Origin: a virus
IMG/VR virus record: IMGVR_UViG_3300047445_000314
Coordinates: 1 to 64,000 of that record
Length of the DNA: 64,000 bases
Direction: 5' to 3' (one strand)
This document shows positions 41,185 through 51,257 of this stretch, one piece after another. The translations under genes and the position numbers were made by a program. The stretch's first letter is position 1. Each line of letters begins with the position of its first letter. The notes beneath the pieces are model-generated. The model was not told the origin of the DNA and ran no database searches. It saw only the letters and a program-made list of their open reading frames with translations.

Positions 41185-42906
41185 ACAACCTTCGATACTA
41201 CATCGATCCCGACCTGCTGGAGAAAGAGAAAGCCATGTACACCGAGGTAGTAATAGGTGGCAACGGCTTCTTTGCAGGCTGCAAGATATATATTGACCCT
41301 ACGTTGCCGATCGACACCATTGAATGGCGCGGGGCTAACCGCGTACGCCTGAACATCCGTACAGGCGAAATCACTGTAACGGAAAGGGAATAAATCATGA
41401 CACTCGACGACCTGCGCAACAGCTACCCTTACACCGCCTCCCGGCGCAAAACCACGCGCCATCAGTTTGTACTGACCACCGAGCAGCTTTGCCAATTGCG
41501 CAAAGTACACGAGGACCTGGGCGAAAAGGAGATCAACCTGCACCTGTGGTGGGCGCAGCTAGGGGAGCAACTCGGTTTCAAATGGTGGACCATGAAAGTG
41601 GTCACCGCGCAGCCGCTGACCTTTACGGCGGAACTTAGTTAATTCTCTTTCGGAAAGAACCTGCTTGCCATAAAATACAGGTTCCGACCGAAGTGCATCC
41701 CAAGAGGTTGCCATGAAGAAGTTACTGAATGTCCTGTACCGCGCGAGTCTCCGGGTAGATATGCTGGCGGCTACCGCCACCGATAGCCTCATTGACTGGC
41801 TTAACAATCCCAGCTCCGACCGCTGGGTCGATCGCTTTATCCTCGGCACCCTGGTGGCTATTGTCACCGTCGTCGCGGTTCTCTGGTGAGACGACCATGA
41901 AACCACCGCAAAACGGCACCCAGGACGAGTTCAGTGAGGCCTCGCTACGTACCCTGACCACCGCCAAGCCCATGTCCAGGGAAGAACATAAAGCCATCCA
42001 GCAACAACGTATCAAAGCCCGCCGCGACAACGAGGACCGGGCCATGGAAAGGGAAATAAAATGATGCCGATGCCTGCCCCGATCACCACCGCCACCTATT
42101 GCCGGGAATGCGCGAAGCGGCTCACATCGCTTTCCGCAGAGACACACTACGTACGTTGCCGTGGCCGCAACCCATACAACCGGGCATGGGAGACCAAAAA
42201 TATCCCCATGCCTTTTTGCGATGCAGCATGTTTTAAGAAGTACCAGCGCAGCGCCGACGAAGATTGAAATTGATTGCAACTCCAAGGAGAGCAGCATGGA
42301 CAGCGAAGAGGGGCGGGGCGGCATACGGATCATCCGTACGCTGGTATGTAGCGGATGTACGATGTGTTGCGTCGCCGACCCAGTTACCGGCAAGCCCAAG
42401 CAGAACCTGCACTACCTATCCTGCGAGGATATCACCGAGGGTAGCGGTCAGCGCCTGGCCATGACCAATGAGGGGCAGCATAGCCACGCCGAGTTCCTGT
42501 TCAACGCGTATTGGGGTACGCTGGATTGGCATCAGCACGTCAGCCGTATCGTTGCCTCTGAGATATGGCACGCCTCCGCTGATCATCTCAAATAGCCACC
42601 GACGATATATAATTGTTCTATGGGAATCATTGAACATAGACAACCAGGAGATAACATGCCGACACCCTATTTTTGCAGTAACCGCTCGCGCCCCGACCCG
42701 GCGCGCAAGCTCCTGGTACAAGATGGGTACATCACCGTCCGCGTGGCGGGATTGCACGGAGTCGTTACCTTGCGTCAGCCCAATATGGTTGAGGTAGCGT
42801 GCCCAAATACTACCGATTGCCAGTATGACCGGAGCGCACTGGATGCGCGCTGCGCAGGCTGTAACAATGCTCCCCATTTGCGCATCCCGCAGCATGAGGT
42901 GACAGC

Positions 42907-43662
42907 ATGAGCGAAGACCACGACAAGGCTACCCAGTTCGCCCTGACTTTAGGCGACACGCTCTCGGACAGCACGGTCGCCACGGTGATCGGCGCGGAGT
43001 TTCCGTCGCTCTCCAACGTAGCCAGGACCGACGAGCTGTTCCGTGCCGGGTATGTCTCCGGCAGTCATGATACCTACCTGCAAATCCAGCCGCGCTGCGC
43101 CGAGATGGGGCGGGTACTGAAAAACATGTATCTGATGCTTCAGAAGATGATCCCGGCGCAGGACAACCTGGAACATCTGAACGACCTGATCGCCTTGCGC
43201 TGCGAGATCGCAGGCTACCTGGTCAGCGAGAGCGAGAGCATCCTGCTTGCGGCGCGCTTGAAACTGGCGCGCATGTCCGGCGTACCGCAGGAATACGTGG
43301 ATGGTACGGTACTTATCTCCGATATCCCGCCCGACGCCCTGCAAGAGATCGGCCGCATCATGGCCAAAGCCAACCCGCGTAGCTGGTCGATCTTTGCACT
43401 GAGTAACGGCGAGCAAGGCAAGAATGGCAACCTGACCTACGAGGAGATGCAGCACAATTGCCACAACGGTCGGCAGTACACCATGCCGGACAAGAGCGCC
43501 TTTCCCGAGCAACTAAAACGCTTCGGGGCCGGGCAGGTGCGTCATGTGCGCAAGATGTACCGCGACGTGCAAGCCAGCATGCAGCGCTACCAGGACATCC
43601 ATGAAAGCGATGCCAAAGTCGTCACCGACAGCGTTCTACAGCGCGCGGGCCAGAAAGGATAG
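42907..43662 (+). CDS. Hypothetical protein
   Basis: GAGGTG RBS; coupled to neighbouring genes. Confidence 0.7.
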   Translation: MSEDHDKATQFALTLGDTLSDSTVATVIGAEFPSLSNVARTDELFRAGYVSGSHDTYLQIQPRCAEMGRVLKNMYLMLQKMIPAQDNLEHLNDLIALRCEIAGYLVSESESILLAARLKLARMSGVPQEYVDGTVLISDIPPDALQEIGRIMAKANPRSWSIFALSNGEQGKNGNLTYEEMQHNCHNGRQYTMPDKSAFPEQLKRFGAGQVRHVRKMYRDVQASMQRYQDIHESDAKVVTDSVLQRAGQKG

Positions 43663-43665
43663 GCC

Positions 43666-44121
43666 ATGCTGCAAGTCGACACAATCGAGAGGATGAAGGG
43701 CGGGCATTTAGTCAGCCATTATCTCTTATCCTCCTACGCCTACTACCTGATGTCGGCCTCGCCCTTGAGCGACGCCGCCTTCGACCGGCTCTGCGCGCGC
43801 CTACTGCGCGAGTACGACACTATCGAGCATCCACACAAGCACATCATCGACAAGGAACACCTGCAAGCCGGGACCGGCTACTACCTGCGCGACGAGGACT
43901 ACCCGCGCATGGTCACCTCCGGCATGGATGCCTATCTCGCCAAGTGTGCCTCCGGCCAGATGGCCAAGGATTTGGAACCGTATCTTCTGCCGACCGGCAC
44001 CGCCCGGCCCTCGCCGCGCGTGGCGCGCACCCCCCGGCCGTCCGTAGCACCTGCCCCCGTCGTAGTAATACCCGCACCTGCACCAACTCGTATCCGTCGC
44101 ACACCGAGAGGAACATCATGA
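43666..44121 (+). CDS. Stand-alone NAD+-ligase subdomain Ia (Nlig-Ia)-like protein
   Basis: 'SSYAYYLMSASPLSDAAFDRL' matches the LigA 'H.Y.Y(Y/H)..D.P.I.DAEYD.L' motif; no KxDG adenylation domain follows. Confidence 0.75.
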   Translation: MLQVDTIERMKGGHLVSHYLLSSYAYYLMSASPLSDAAFDRLCARLLREYDTIEHPHKHIIDKEHLQAGTGYYLRDEDYPRMVTSGMDAYLAKCASGQMAKDLEPYLLPTGTARPSPRVARTPRPSVAPAPVVVIPAPAPTRIRRTPRGTS

Positions 44122-45199
44122 ACCGCACCGTCCACAGCATCATGCACCGTCCTATTTCCACCTTCGCACAACAACTGATCGACAAAACGGAGAAACCCAT
44201 GGCACGCATCACCTATGACGGCCTGTTGTTGCAGGCGCACATCGCCCCCGGCACCACCATGACGCTAGTACAGATCGCCACGGACTTATTCATGGTGGAG
44301 GAGGACCGCGAACCGAGCAAGGTCGCCATGTGCCGGGCGCGCAGGGCCGCGTTGAACCTGGTCACCATGGGGCAGGCCACCGCCCACCCCAGCAGACACG
44401 ACATGACCCGCATACGCTCCGTCGCGCCGCAGGGCACGCAGTTATCCGCCCTGATGAACCTCGGCGTGCGGCAGGCGATCACCCACCGCCTGGAAGACGA
44501 GGATGCCGCAGCGGACCTGTCCTATCCGGACGTTGCCATAGAGACCCAAGTGGTCGCGCCAGCCACCCCATAAAACAGCCGGGCTATGCTATAATGTACC
44601 CAATGAAGCAGTAATCCACCCCCACCACGAGGAGCGCATATGCAAGTCGCAAAAACAAACAAGCAGCAAGCAGAGATCGACGAAATTTTCGCGATGATGG
44701 AGCAGGCCATCCGCCTGAATGACTACGGCTCGGACGACTTGCTGTATATGGTCGCCGACCTGATCCCGGTCAACCCGACGCTGGCCTCGGCGATTGCGCA
44801 ACATGCGGGAGACTTCATGAAAAACGACGCAGTCGCCGGAGAGACCACCTGGACCGATATCGTGGTCGAGGCCTACCGCCGCGCTTTGTTCGACCTGGAA
44901 AAGTCGCCGCTGTACGGCACCGGCTACATGGTCAATAAGATTGACGCCATGCGCGCCTTCGTCACCCATTACATCAGCAACCACTCCCTGGAAGCGTCCG
45001 GGGGCGGTCATGCCGTCGCCGAGCACGTACAGTAAGGAAGCAGCATGAAAAAGCACGTACTCCCCATCGCCGTCATCGCCGCACTGGCTATCTCAGCCTA
45101 CATCGAGGTCGGCCTGTGGCGCGAATGCCGTCAGACAGGCAGCATCCTGTATTGCATGCGCGTATTGGGTAATTAAAGGTAAAATAGCAGGAGGGTTCC

Positions 45200-46267
45200 A
45201 TGCAATTCGATCCAACAAAAATCAGAGTATCGAAACACTTCATTCTTTCAGATTTTCTGGGCAACCATAGCGTGTACACGCGCGGCATACCGAACATGCT
45301 GGACCCGCACGACCCGGAACTCCCCCTGAAGATGGCCAACCTGCACGCACTGTGCGACGAGTTCCTGGAACCGTTTTTGGAGCAGGCCGGGCCGTTGTCG
45401 ATCTCGTACTCCTACATCACACCGGAGCTGTCCGATGAAATTGTCCACTATCAGGATTCCCGTAAGCCGTCTCATCACCAATTCAACCTTGGCGCGGCGG
45501 CAGATATTATCTCCCACGAATGGGTCAACGCCGACCCCGAAGACGACAGCGCCACCAGCGCGCCAGTTATGCTGGCTCATGAAATTGCCAGCAGTGGGTA
45601 CCCTCTCTCCCGACTCATTACCTATTCGGAGTCGCCGTATCTTTGCGTTGCTGTATCGGCATCCGAAGTTGCGGAAGGCAAGCCGCGTGGCGCGTTCTAT
45701 GAAAATCGCTACACCGGCCACAAAGGCGAGAAGCCTGACTACCGCAAGTACCCGTCACCGGCTGCAAAGCATGGCGCGCTGGCGGCTCTTGTAAAGGAAG
45801 GCCTCTCCCACGGCTGGCGCGGGCAGGGCTACCCCAGTTACCATGGACACGGCCGCCGCCAGTACCATCATATCCGGGTATCCGACTACAGCATGCTCTC
45901 CGACTGGCTATTCGATTTGCAATCAGTTGCAAACGGCGCGAAAAACATCCCGAACGTACAGAATCCCAACTTGATGGAATCCTTCTACCTCGCGGGCGAT
46001 CTATACGACAGCCTGATCAAGGAAGGCGGTCACAACCGCTACTCGATCATCAGCGGGTATGTCGATCACGCCAACCCGTCCTTCGTGAAGGAAAACGACT
46101 GGGCGCGGGGCCAGGGCTGGTTCACCGTAGTCATGCCGGAAGGGGTGGAGGTCGCGCAGGTGATGACGAACATGACCCCTGCCACCGCCACCCAGCCGAT
46201 CTGGGAGCACGCCTATATACAGGACATGGGCGAGGGCAAGATGCGGGTCCATTTCCAACAACAATGA
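45200..46267 (+). CDS. Peptidase M15-like protein, divergent, with a tandem domain
   Basis: 'SKHFILSDFL', 'NLHALCDEFLEP', 'SHH..LGAAADI'; a second 'IRVSDYSMLSDWL...IISGY' unit follows. Confidence 0.65.
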   Translation: MQFDPTKIRVSKHFILSDFLGNHSVYTRGIPNMLDPHDPELPLKMANLHALCDEFLEPFLEQAGPLSISYSYITPELSDEIVHYQDSRKPSHHQFNLGAAADIISHEWVNADPEDDSATSAPVMLAHEIASSGYPLSRLITYSESPYLCVAVSASEVAEGKPRGAFYENRYTGHKGEKPDYRKYPSPAAKHGALAALVKEGLSHGWRGQGYPSYHGHGRRQYHHIRVSDYSMLSDWLFDLQSVANGAKNIPNVQNPNLMESFYLAGDLYDSLIKEGGHNRYSIISGYVDHANPSFVKENDWARGQGWFTVVMPEGVEVAQVMTNMTPATATQPIWEHAYIQDMGEGKMRVHFQQQ

Positions 46268-46695
46268 AAGAGGGACGGATATGGTGGTAAGGGAGCGGGT
46301 AAAGAAGTCGAAGACCACGGCGCGCGCACCACGACGCTGGCCGGACATGGATAGATTCGACATAGCGCGGCGGCGCAAGCCCGCGATACAGGGCGGACTA
46401 TCCTCCACCGTCCTATACGAGGACAAGGGTTACGTGGATATCCGCTTCAACACGTACCTGATCCATACGGTCGGTATTCGGATGCCGCGCGGGGTCTCCG
46501 CGCAGGACCCAGCCTTCATGCTGGTCCGCTACAACAAGATCAGGGAAGAGTTTCAATTGCTCGCGCAGTATCTCAACGAAATAGGCCAGAATAACGAGCA
46601 ATACTATATACTCAGCATGCAGGAGTTGCCCAAGTGGCTGCTCAGGGTAAAACCGCTTTAATTACGAACAACCCCGGTAAAAGGAACAATACACA

Positions 46696-47064
46696 ATGGC
46701 AACCATTCGCAGGGCACCGCGCCCCTCCGCGCCGGTAGCAGAACCATCACCAGAAGCCCTCAAGCCTCCCGCCCCGCCATCGCGCGCGGAACTGCTCGGC
46801 GCTACCAAGGAAGATGGTGAGATCGGCTCCAGCCGGGTTGACTACGTTGCCGTCATCCAACGCTACCAGGACAAGGTGTCCAATCGCGGTACGGCCATTC
46901 GCGCAAAATGCGTCGAGTGCTCGGGCGGGGCTTTGTCCGAGGTGCGCGATTGCCCGATCACCAAATGTGCGCTGTGGCCATATAGGATGGGCACCGACCC
47001 GAATAACAAAAAGACCGCAGCCAAGCTGGCCAAGGGTATCGACAACGAGGAGGATGAGGAATGA
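46696..47064 (+). CDS. Conserved Cys4 phage protein
   Basis: 'AIRAKCVECSGG..SEVRDCPITKCALWPYRMG'. Confidence 0.75.
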   Translation: MATIRRAPRPSAPVAEPSPEALKPPAPPSRAELLGATKEDGEIGSSRVDYVAVIQRYQDKVSNRGTAIRAKCVECSGGALSEVRDCPITKCALWPYRMGTDPNNKKTAAKLAKGIDNEEDEE

Positions 47065-47762
47065 GCTATAACAAGGATCGCGGCCAGAAGGTGCCGATGA
47101 TAATCGGGATGTACGGCCTACCGCGCAGTGGCAAGGACACCGCCGCCGACTTGATGGTCAACGAGTTCGGTTTCGCGAAGGAGAGCTTCGCCAAGCCGTT
47201 GTACGAGGAAGTGGCCGCCGCCTTCAACGTCACGATTGAGAACCTGCAATCGAGCGCGTGGAAGACTTACGAGGCACCCGAGCTGTCATTGTATAACTGC
47301 AATGATCATGACTTTGTCGATGCCATCCGCGCCATCGAGCTGTTCTACGGCATGAATTCGTCGGAGCATGAGCAGGCGTTCGACAAATTCGAGTACAGCC
47401 CGCGCACCTCGCGCTTCATCCTGCAACGCTGGGCCACCGAGTACCGGCGCGCAGACGACCCGCTGTATTGGGTATGGAAGATGCGGGAACGGCTGGTCCC
47501 GTTGCTGGAGGCGGGCCGCGACGTGGTCATCGCCGACCTGCGCGAGGAGCCGGAAGTTCAGCTCCTGCTCGGCCACGCCACCGCGCTGGGTCTACCGATC
47601 CGCATCCTGGAAGTCACGCGCGAGGGCACGGTATCCAATGGGCATAGTTCGGACAACGCCCTGCCGCGCCACTACATCCACACTACCATCCGCAATGACC
47701 ATCTCGACGAGTATCTGTCGACCATCCGCCGCACCATCAACAACGTCAGGAGAACCAAATGA
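47061..47762 (+). CDS. Deoxynucleoside monophosphate kinase
   Basis: 'IIGMYGLPRSGKDTAA', 'SFAKPL', 'R.ILQRWATEYRR', 'VIADLRE..E', 'HSSD'; T4 gp1-like. Confidence 0.9.
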   Translation: MSYNKDRGQKVPMIIGMYGLPRSGKDTAADLMVNEFGFAKESFAKPLYEEVAAAFNVTIENLQSSAWKTYEAPELSLYNCNDHDFVDAIRAIELFYGMNSSEHEQAFDKFEYSPRTSRFILQRWATEYRRADDPLYWVWKMRERLVPLLEAGRDVVIADLREEPEVQLLLGHATALGLPIRILEVTREGTVSNGHSSDNALPRHYIHTTIRNDHLDEYLSTIRRTINNVRRTK

Positions 47763-48541
47763 GCACGAAAGAACCTAATATCATCACCCCCTTTCAGCGC
47801 GTCGCTGCAATGAATGTCGCGTTCGGCAATCCAGCAGGAGAGCCGGGCGACATCGACTGGGAGCGTATCCGCAAGCAATGTCTGAATATTCCGGACGAGG
47901 TCGGCGAGCTGTTCATTGCGCTTGGCTGCGACCCTACCCGCGTCAAGGCCATCCTGTATTCACTCAAGCGTTGCATGGACGAACGGCTCTGTACTACCGA
48001 CCCGCTCGGCGTGCGCGATGCCTTGTGTGACATCAATGTCTTCTCCAACGGTGCGCACCATCTGATGGGGATCGACGCCGACCGCGACATGCACAGCGTC
48101 ATCGACGGCGTGATGACCCGGTTTATCAAAGATGATGACGACCAAGCAGCTACCATCGAGAAACACAGGGCGCTCGGAGTCACGCACGTCTATTTCGAGG
48201 GCGACTATCCGACCATGATCATGAAATCGGCGCTCGACCAGCCCGACGCGCCGAAAGGCAAGTTCCTGAAATCCGCCAGCTATGCCGAACCGGTGTTCTA
48301 CGATCCGCTCGCGGAACAGAACCTGCGCGGCTTCATGTCGGTAGTAGACACCGATGATTATTTTGCTTTCCCCTGCGCCGACCTGGTCACCCAGCCGGAA
48401 GCCGCGCAGGCCGACATCGGCAACGTAGTTAACGGCCACCTGGTACTCGGCAAGCCGATATTTGCCGACGCTCTGGACCTTCACCGCACGCGCTTCGGCA
48501 GCGGCTTTGAAGTTGATATTCCGAAATGTAGCCTGGACTAA
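47759..48541 (+). CDS. MazG/HisE-like all-alpha NTP pyrophosphohydrolase
   Basis: 'IPDEVGEL...VRDALCDINVF...VIDGVMTRF...GKFLKS..Y.EP' phage NTP-PPase pattern. Confidence 0.8.
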   Translation: MSTKEPNIITPFQRVAAMNVAFGNPAGEPGDIDWERIRKQCLNIPDEVGELFIALGCDPTRVKAILYSLKRCMDERLCTTDPLGVRDALCDINVFSNGAHHLMGIDADRDMHSVIDGVMTRFIKDDDDQAATIEKHRALGVTHVYFEGDYPTMIMKSALDQPDAPKGKFLKSASYAEPVFYDPLAEQNLRGFMSVVDTDDYFAFPCADLVTQPEAAQADIGNVVNGHLVLGKPIFADALDLHRTRFGSGFEVDIPKCSLD

Positions 48542-48581
48542 ATTACAGTCCTATTTGCAATTGATTGCAAAGCATGTTACG

Positions 48582-48607
48582 AAAGCCGCCTTCGGGGCGG
48601 CTTTTTT
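48582..48607 (+). terminator. Rho-independent terminator ending the middle-gene block
   Basis: AAAGCCGCC-TTCGG-GGCGGCTTT followed by a T-run. Confidence 0.85.
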
Positions 48608-48679
48608 ATTGCCCGCAGTATAGACTCTGCGGTATGATCGCCTCCATTGATTTTAGTCATCTTGGCGAGGGGATCGGAA

Positions 48680-49033
48680 ATGCCAACAGATAGTGTATAT
48701 AGCGCGGAAGTAATGGACGTCTTCTCCGGCGACGACCTGGTCCTCATGGTCGACCTCGGCGTGGAAGGCTTGCACAAGCGCCAGCGCGTCCGCCTGTACG
48801 GCGTCGACACCCCCAACGCGGTCAATGCGGGCCAGGACACCGACGCGGGCAAGGTCCGCGCGCTGATCCGCAGCATGACTCGCGACCGCAAGGTCACCCT
48901 CACCGTCCACTCGCGCGTCGGCACAAGCTGGGTAGGCACCGTCCTGGTCCACACCCGCGACGGGGACATCCAGTTGAACCAGTTCCTGATCGAGCGCGGC
49001 TTCTCCTATCAACGTGAAAAGAGCGCACCATGA
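48680..49033 (+). CDS. Thermonuclease (SNase-like) protein, possibly degenerate
   Basis: 'VMDVFSGDDL..MVDLG...RVRLYGVDTP...LNQFLIERGF'; the canonical DGDT and GR residues are altered. Confidence 0.75.
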   Translation: MPTDSVYSAEVMDVFSGDDLVLMVDLGVEGLHKRQRVRLYGVDTPNAVNAGQDTDAGKVRALIRSMTRDRKVTLTVHSRVGTSWVGTVLVHTRDGDIQLNQFLIERGFSYQREKSAP

Positions 49034-50649
49034 GCAATAACCGTATCACCCGCACCGCGCGCCCGAGTAAGGAACGCAGCATCACTGCCACCGCGCGCAC
49101 CATCACCATCAACCGCGCCGACCATTCGACCAGCAACCAGTCGGTATATGTCGACCAGATGGAAGCCATCCTGAATGGCTCCGGCATGGCGGGCACCGTC
49201 CTGCCAACGCCATTCGACATCCCGCAGCTCTACCAGATGATCAGCCGCTCCTCCATGCTGCCACAGTGTATCGACGCAATGGTGGTCAACACGGTCGAGT
49301 CCGGCTGGGAGGTCAAGCCGCTGTCGAAAAAGATCACCGTCGATCCGGACGAGGAGGACGAGCTGGAATCGTTCGTCACCCGCGCCAATACCGAGGAATC
49401 GCTGGCAGGCGTGATGAGCAAGGTCGTGCGCGACCGCGAATCGGTCGGCTTCGGCTTCATGGAGGTGATCCGCGACCGGGGAGGCAATATCTCGTTACTG
49501 CGTCACGCCCCCTCGCTGACCACGCGCCTGACTGCGCGCCACCAGAAGGAGGTGCCGGTCAAGTACGACGTGCCGCGCGGCAAGCGTACCGCCGTGGTTA
49601 CCGAATACAAGCTGTTCCGCAAATATGTGCAACTTGTCGGCGGTAAGCTGATCTTCTTCCGCGAATTCGGCGACCCACGCAAGATGGATTCGGTCACGGG
49701 GGCCTTCGAGGGCGAGCCTGGCTTCCCTCTTGGTGACGTCAAACTAGCCACCGAGATTTACCACACACGACTACCTTCCAACGACGCCTACGGCCTACCG
49801 CGCTGGCTGAGCCAGATACCGTCGATGATCGGTTCGCGCGAGGCCGAGGAAGTGAATATGAGATTTTTCGAGGACAACACCATCCCGCCCGCGATGATCA
49901 CCGTCTCCGGTGGACGGCTGACCGCCGCCTCGTATCAGGAAATTCAGCGCGTGATCAACACCGGCACTGGTAAGGAGCGTCAGAACAAGATGATCCTGAT
50001 CGAGGCGGTGGGTGATGGCGACACCATAGACAAAGGTGCCTCGCCGATCACGATCCACATTGAAAAGCTCACCAGCGAGCGCCCCTCCGACGGCCTGTTC
50101 AAGACTTACAAGGAAGGCAACCAGGCCGACCTACGCAGCTCGTTCCGCCTGCCGCCGATCTCGGTCGGCATGTCGCAGGACGCCAATTTCGCCACGGCGA
50201 ATGTCAGCCAGTTTGTAGCCGAGGCACAAGTATTTGCACCGGCCCGCCAGCGCGAGGACGAGGCGCTGAACAACCTGATCGTGCATGGACGTAATGGTCT
50301 GCGCCTGAAAACCGTGAAACTGGTGGCCCGGCCGCCGTCGATCTCCTCGCCGGAGATGACGATGAAAGCATTGACCGCGCTGAACGTCATGGGCGCGGTC
50401 ACGCCGCGCTCGGCGCAGATCGTCGCCAACGCGCTGTTGCAGATCGAGCTGCCGCCGTATCCGGAAAAAGGCGAGGATGGCTACGAGGACTGGATGGACA
50501 TGCCGATGCCGCTTTCCATGAAAGCGTCGGGCGCGGCGGAGGTCCCGGCCAACACGCATGATGAGCAGGCAGGCAAGGACGCGGCGGGTAAAGCCCTAGA
50601 GGCTAACGGCAATGTCGCCCCGGCCTCGCCGGAACACGGCCAGGAGTAA
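49030..50649 (+). CDS. Portal protein (PBSX/HK97-like)
   Basis: 'GFGFMEVIRD..G', 'YGLPRW', 'N.RFFEDNTIP', 'SSFRLPPISVG...NFATA'; position upstream of the head genes. Confidence 0.92.
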   Translation: MSNNRITRTARPSKERSITATARTITINRADHSTSNQSVYVDQMEAILNGSGMAGTVLPTPFDIPQLYQMISRSSMLPQCIDAMVVNTVESGWEVKPLSKKITVDPDEEDELESFVTRANTEESLAGVMSKVVRDRESVGFGFMEVIRDRGGNISLLRHAPSLTTRLTARHQKEVPVKYDVPRGKRTAVVTEYKLFRKYVQLVGGKLIFFREFGDPRKMDSVTGAFEGEPGFPLGDVKLATEIYHTRLPSNDAYGLPRWLSQIPSMIGSREAEEVNMRFFEDNTIPPAMITVSGGRLTAASYQEIQRVINTGTGKERQNKMILIEAVGDGDTIDKGASPITIHIEKLTSERPSDGLFKTYKEGNQADLRSSFRLPPISVGMSQDANFATANVSQFVAEAQVFAPARQREDEALNNLIVHGRNGLRLKTVKLVARPPSISSPEMTMKALTALNVMGAVTPRSAQIVANALLQIELPPYPEKGEDGYEDWMDMPMPLSMKASGAAEVPANTHDEQAGKDAAGKALEANGNVAPASPEHGQE

Positions 50650-50652
50650 GCC

Positions 50653-51228
50653 ATGGCCCATAAATTCATCCGGCGCGACGGCGAGGGCTGGGAGCAGGTG
50701 GTCATGGCGGAAATCCTGATCCCCGACACACCCAACACCTATGGCGACATCTACACCCACGCCGCCATCAAGGAATTCGCCTACCAGTTCGCCATGCAAG
50801 GTTACGGTATCGACGTCAACCACAATCAGGATGACGTCACCGGCAAGGTGTACGTGGTCGAGAGCTTCATCGTGCGGCCGGGCGACCCGGACTTCATCGA
50901 AGGCTCGTGGGTGGTGGCCATGAAAATTCTCGATCCGGATATCTGGCAAAAAGTGCTCGATGGCGAAATCAATGGCTATTCCTTTGAAGCACTGGTTACA
51001 ATGCTGCCTATTCAGATCGACAACTTGCGTAATCGCATCATCACCGGCATCACGCATCCCGACCTGTTCGACGGACACACGCATACCTACTCGGTGGTGG
51101 TGGATACGCTGAACAAGCCGGTGTCGGGCGGGACTGGCGTCACGGATGGGCATTCGCATAATATCAGCACCCATACGTTTACGGATATTGCCGATGCTCA
51201 CTCGCACCGGTTCGATGTAATTGAATAA
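50653..51228 (+). CDS. XkdF-like prohead serine protease with a His-rich tail
   Basis: 'EILIPD..NTYGD...IDVNH...VVESFI...GSWV...IWQKVLDGEINGYSFE'. Confidence 0.85.
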   Translation: MAHKFIRRDGEGWEQVVMAEILIPDTPNTYGDIYTHAAIKEFAYQFAMQGYGIDVNHNQDDVTGKVYVVESFIVRPGDPDFIEGSWVVAMKILDPDIWQKVLDGEINGYSFEALVTMLPIQIDNLRNRIITGITHPDLFDGHTHTYSVVVDTLNKPVSGGTGVTDGHSHNISTHTFTDIADAHSHRFDVIE

Positions 51229-51257
51229 CGCATTTACGTAATTTAAGGAGAAGTGAT

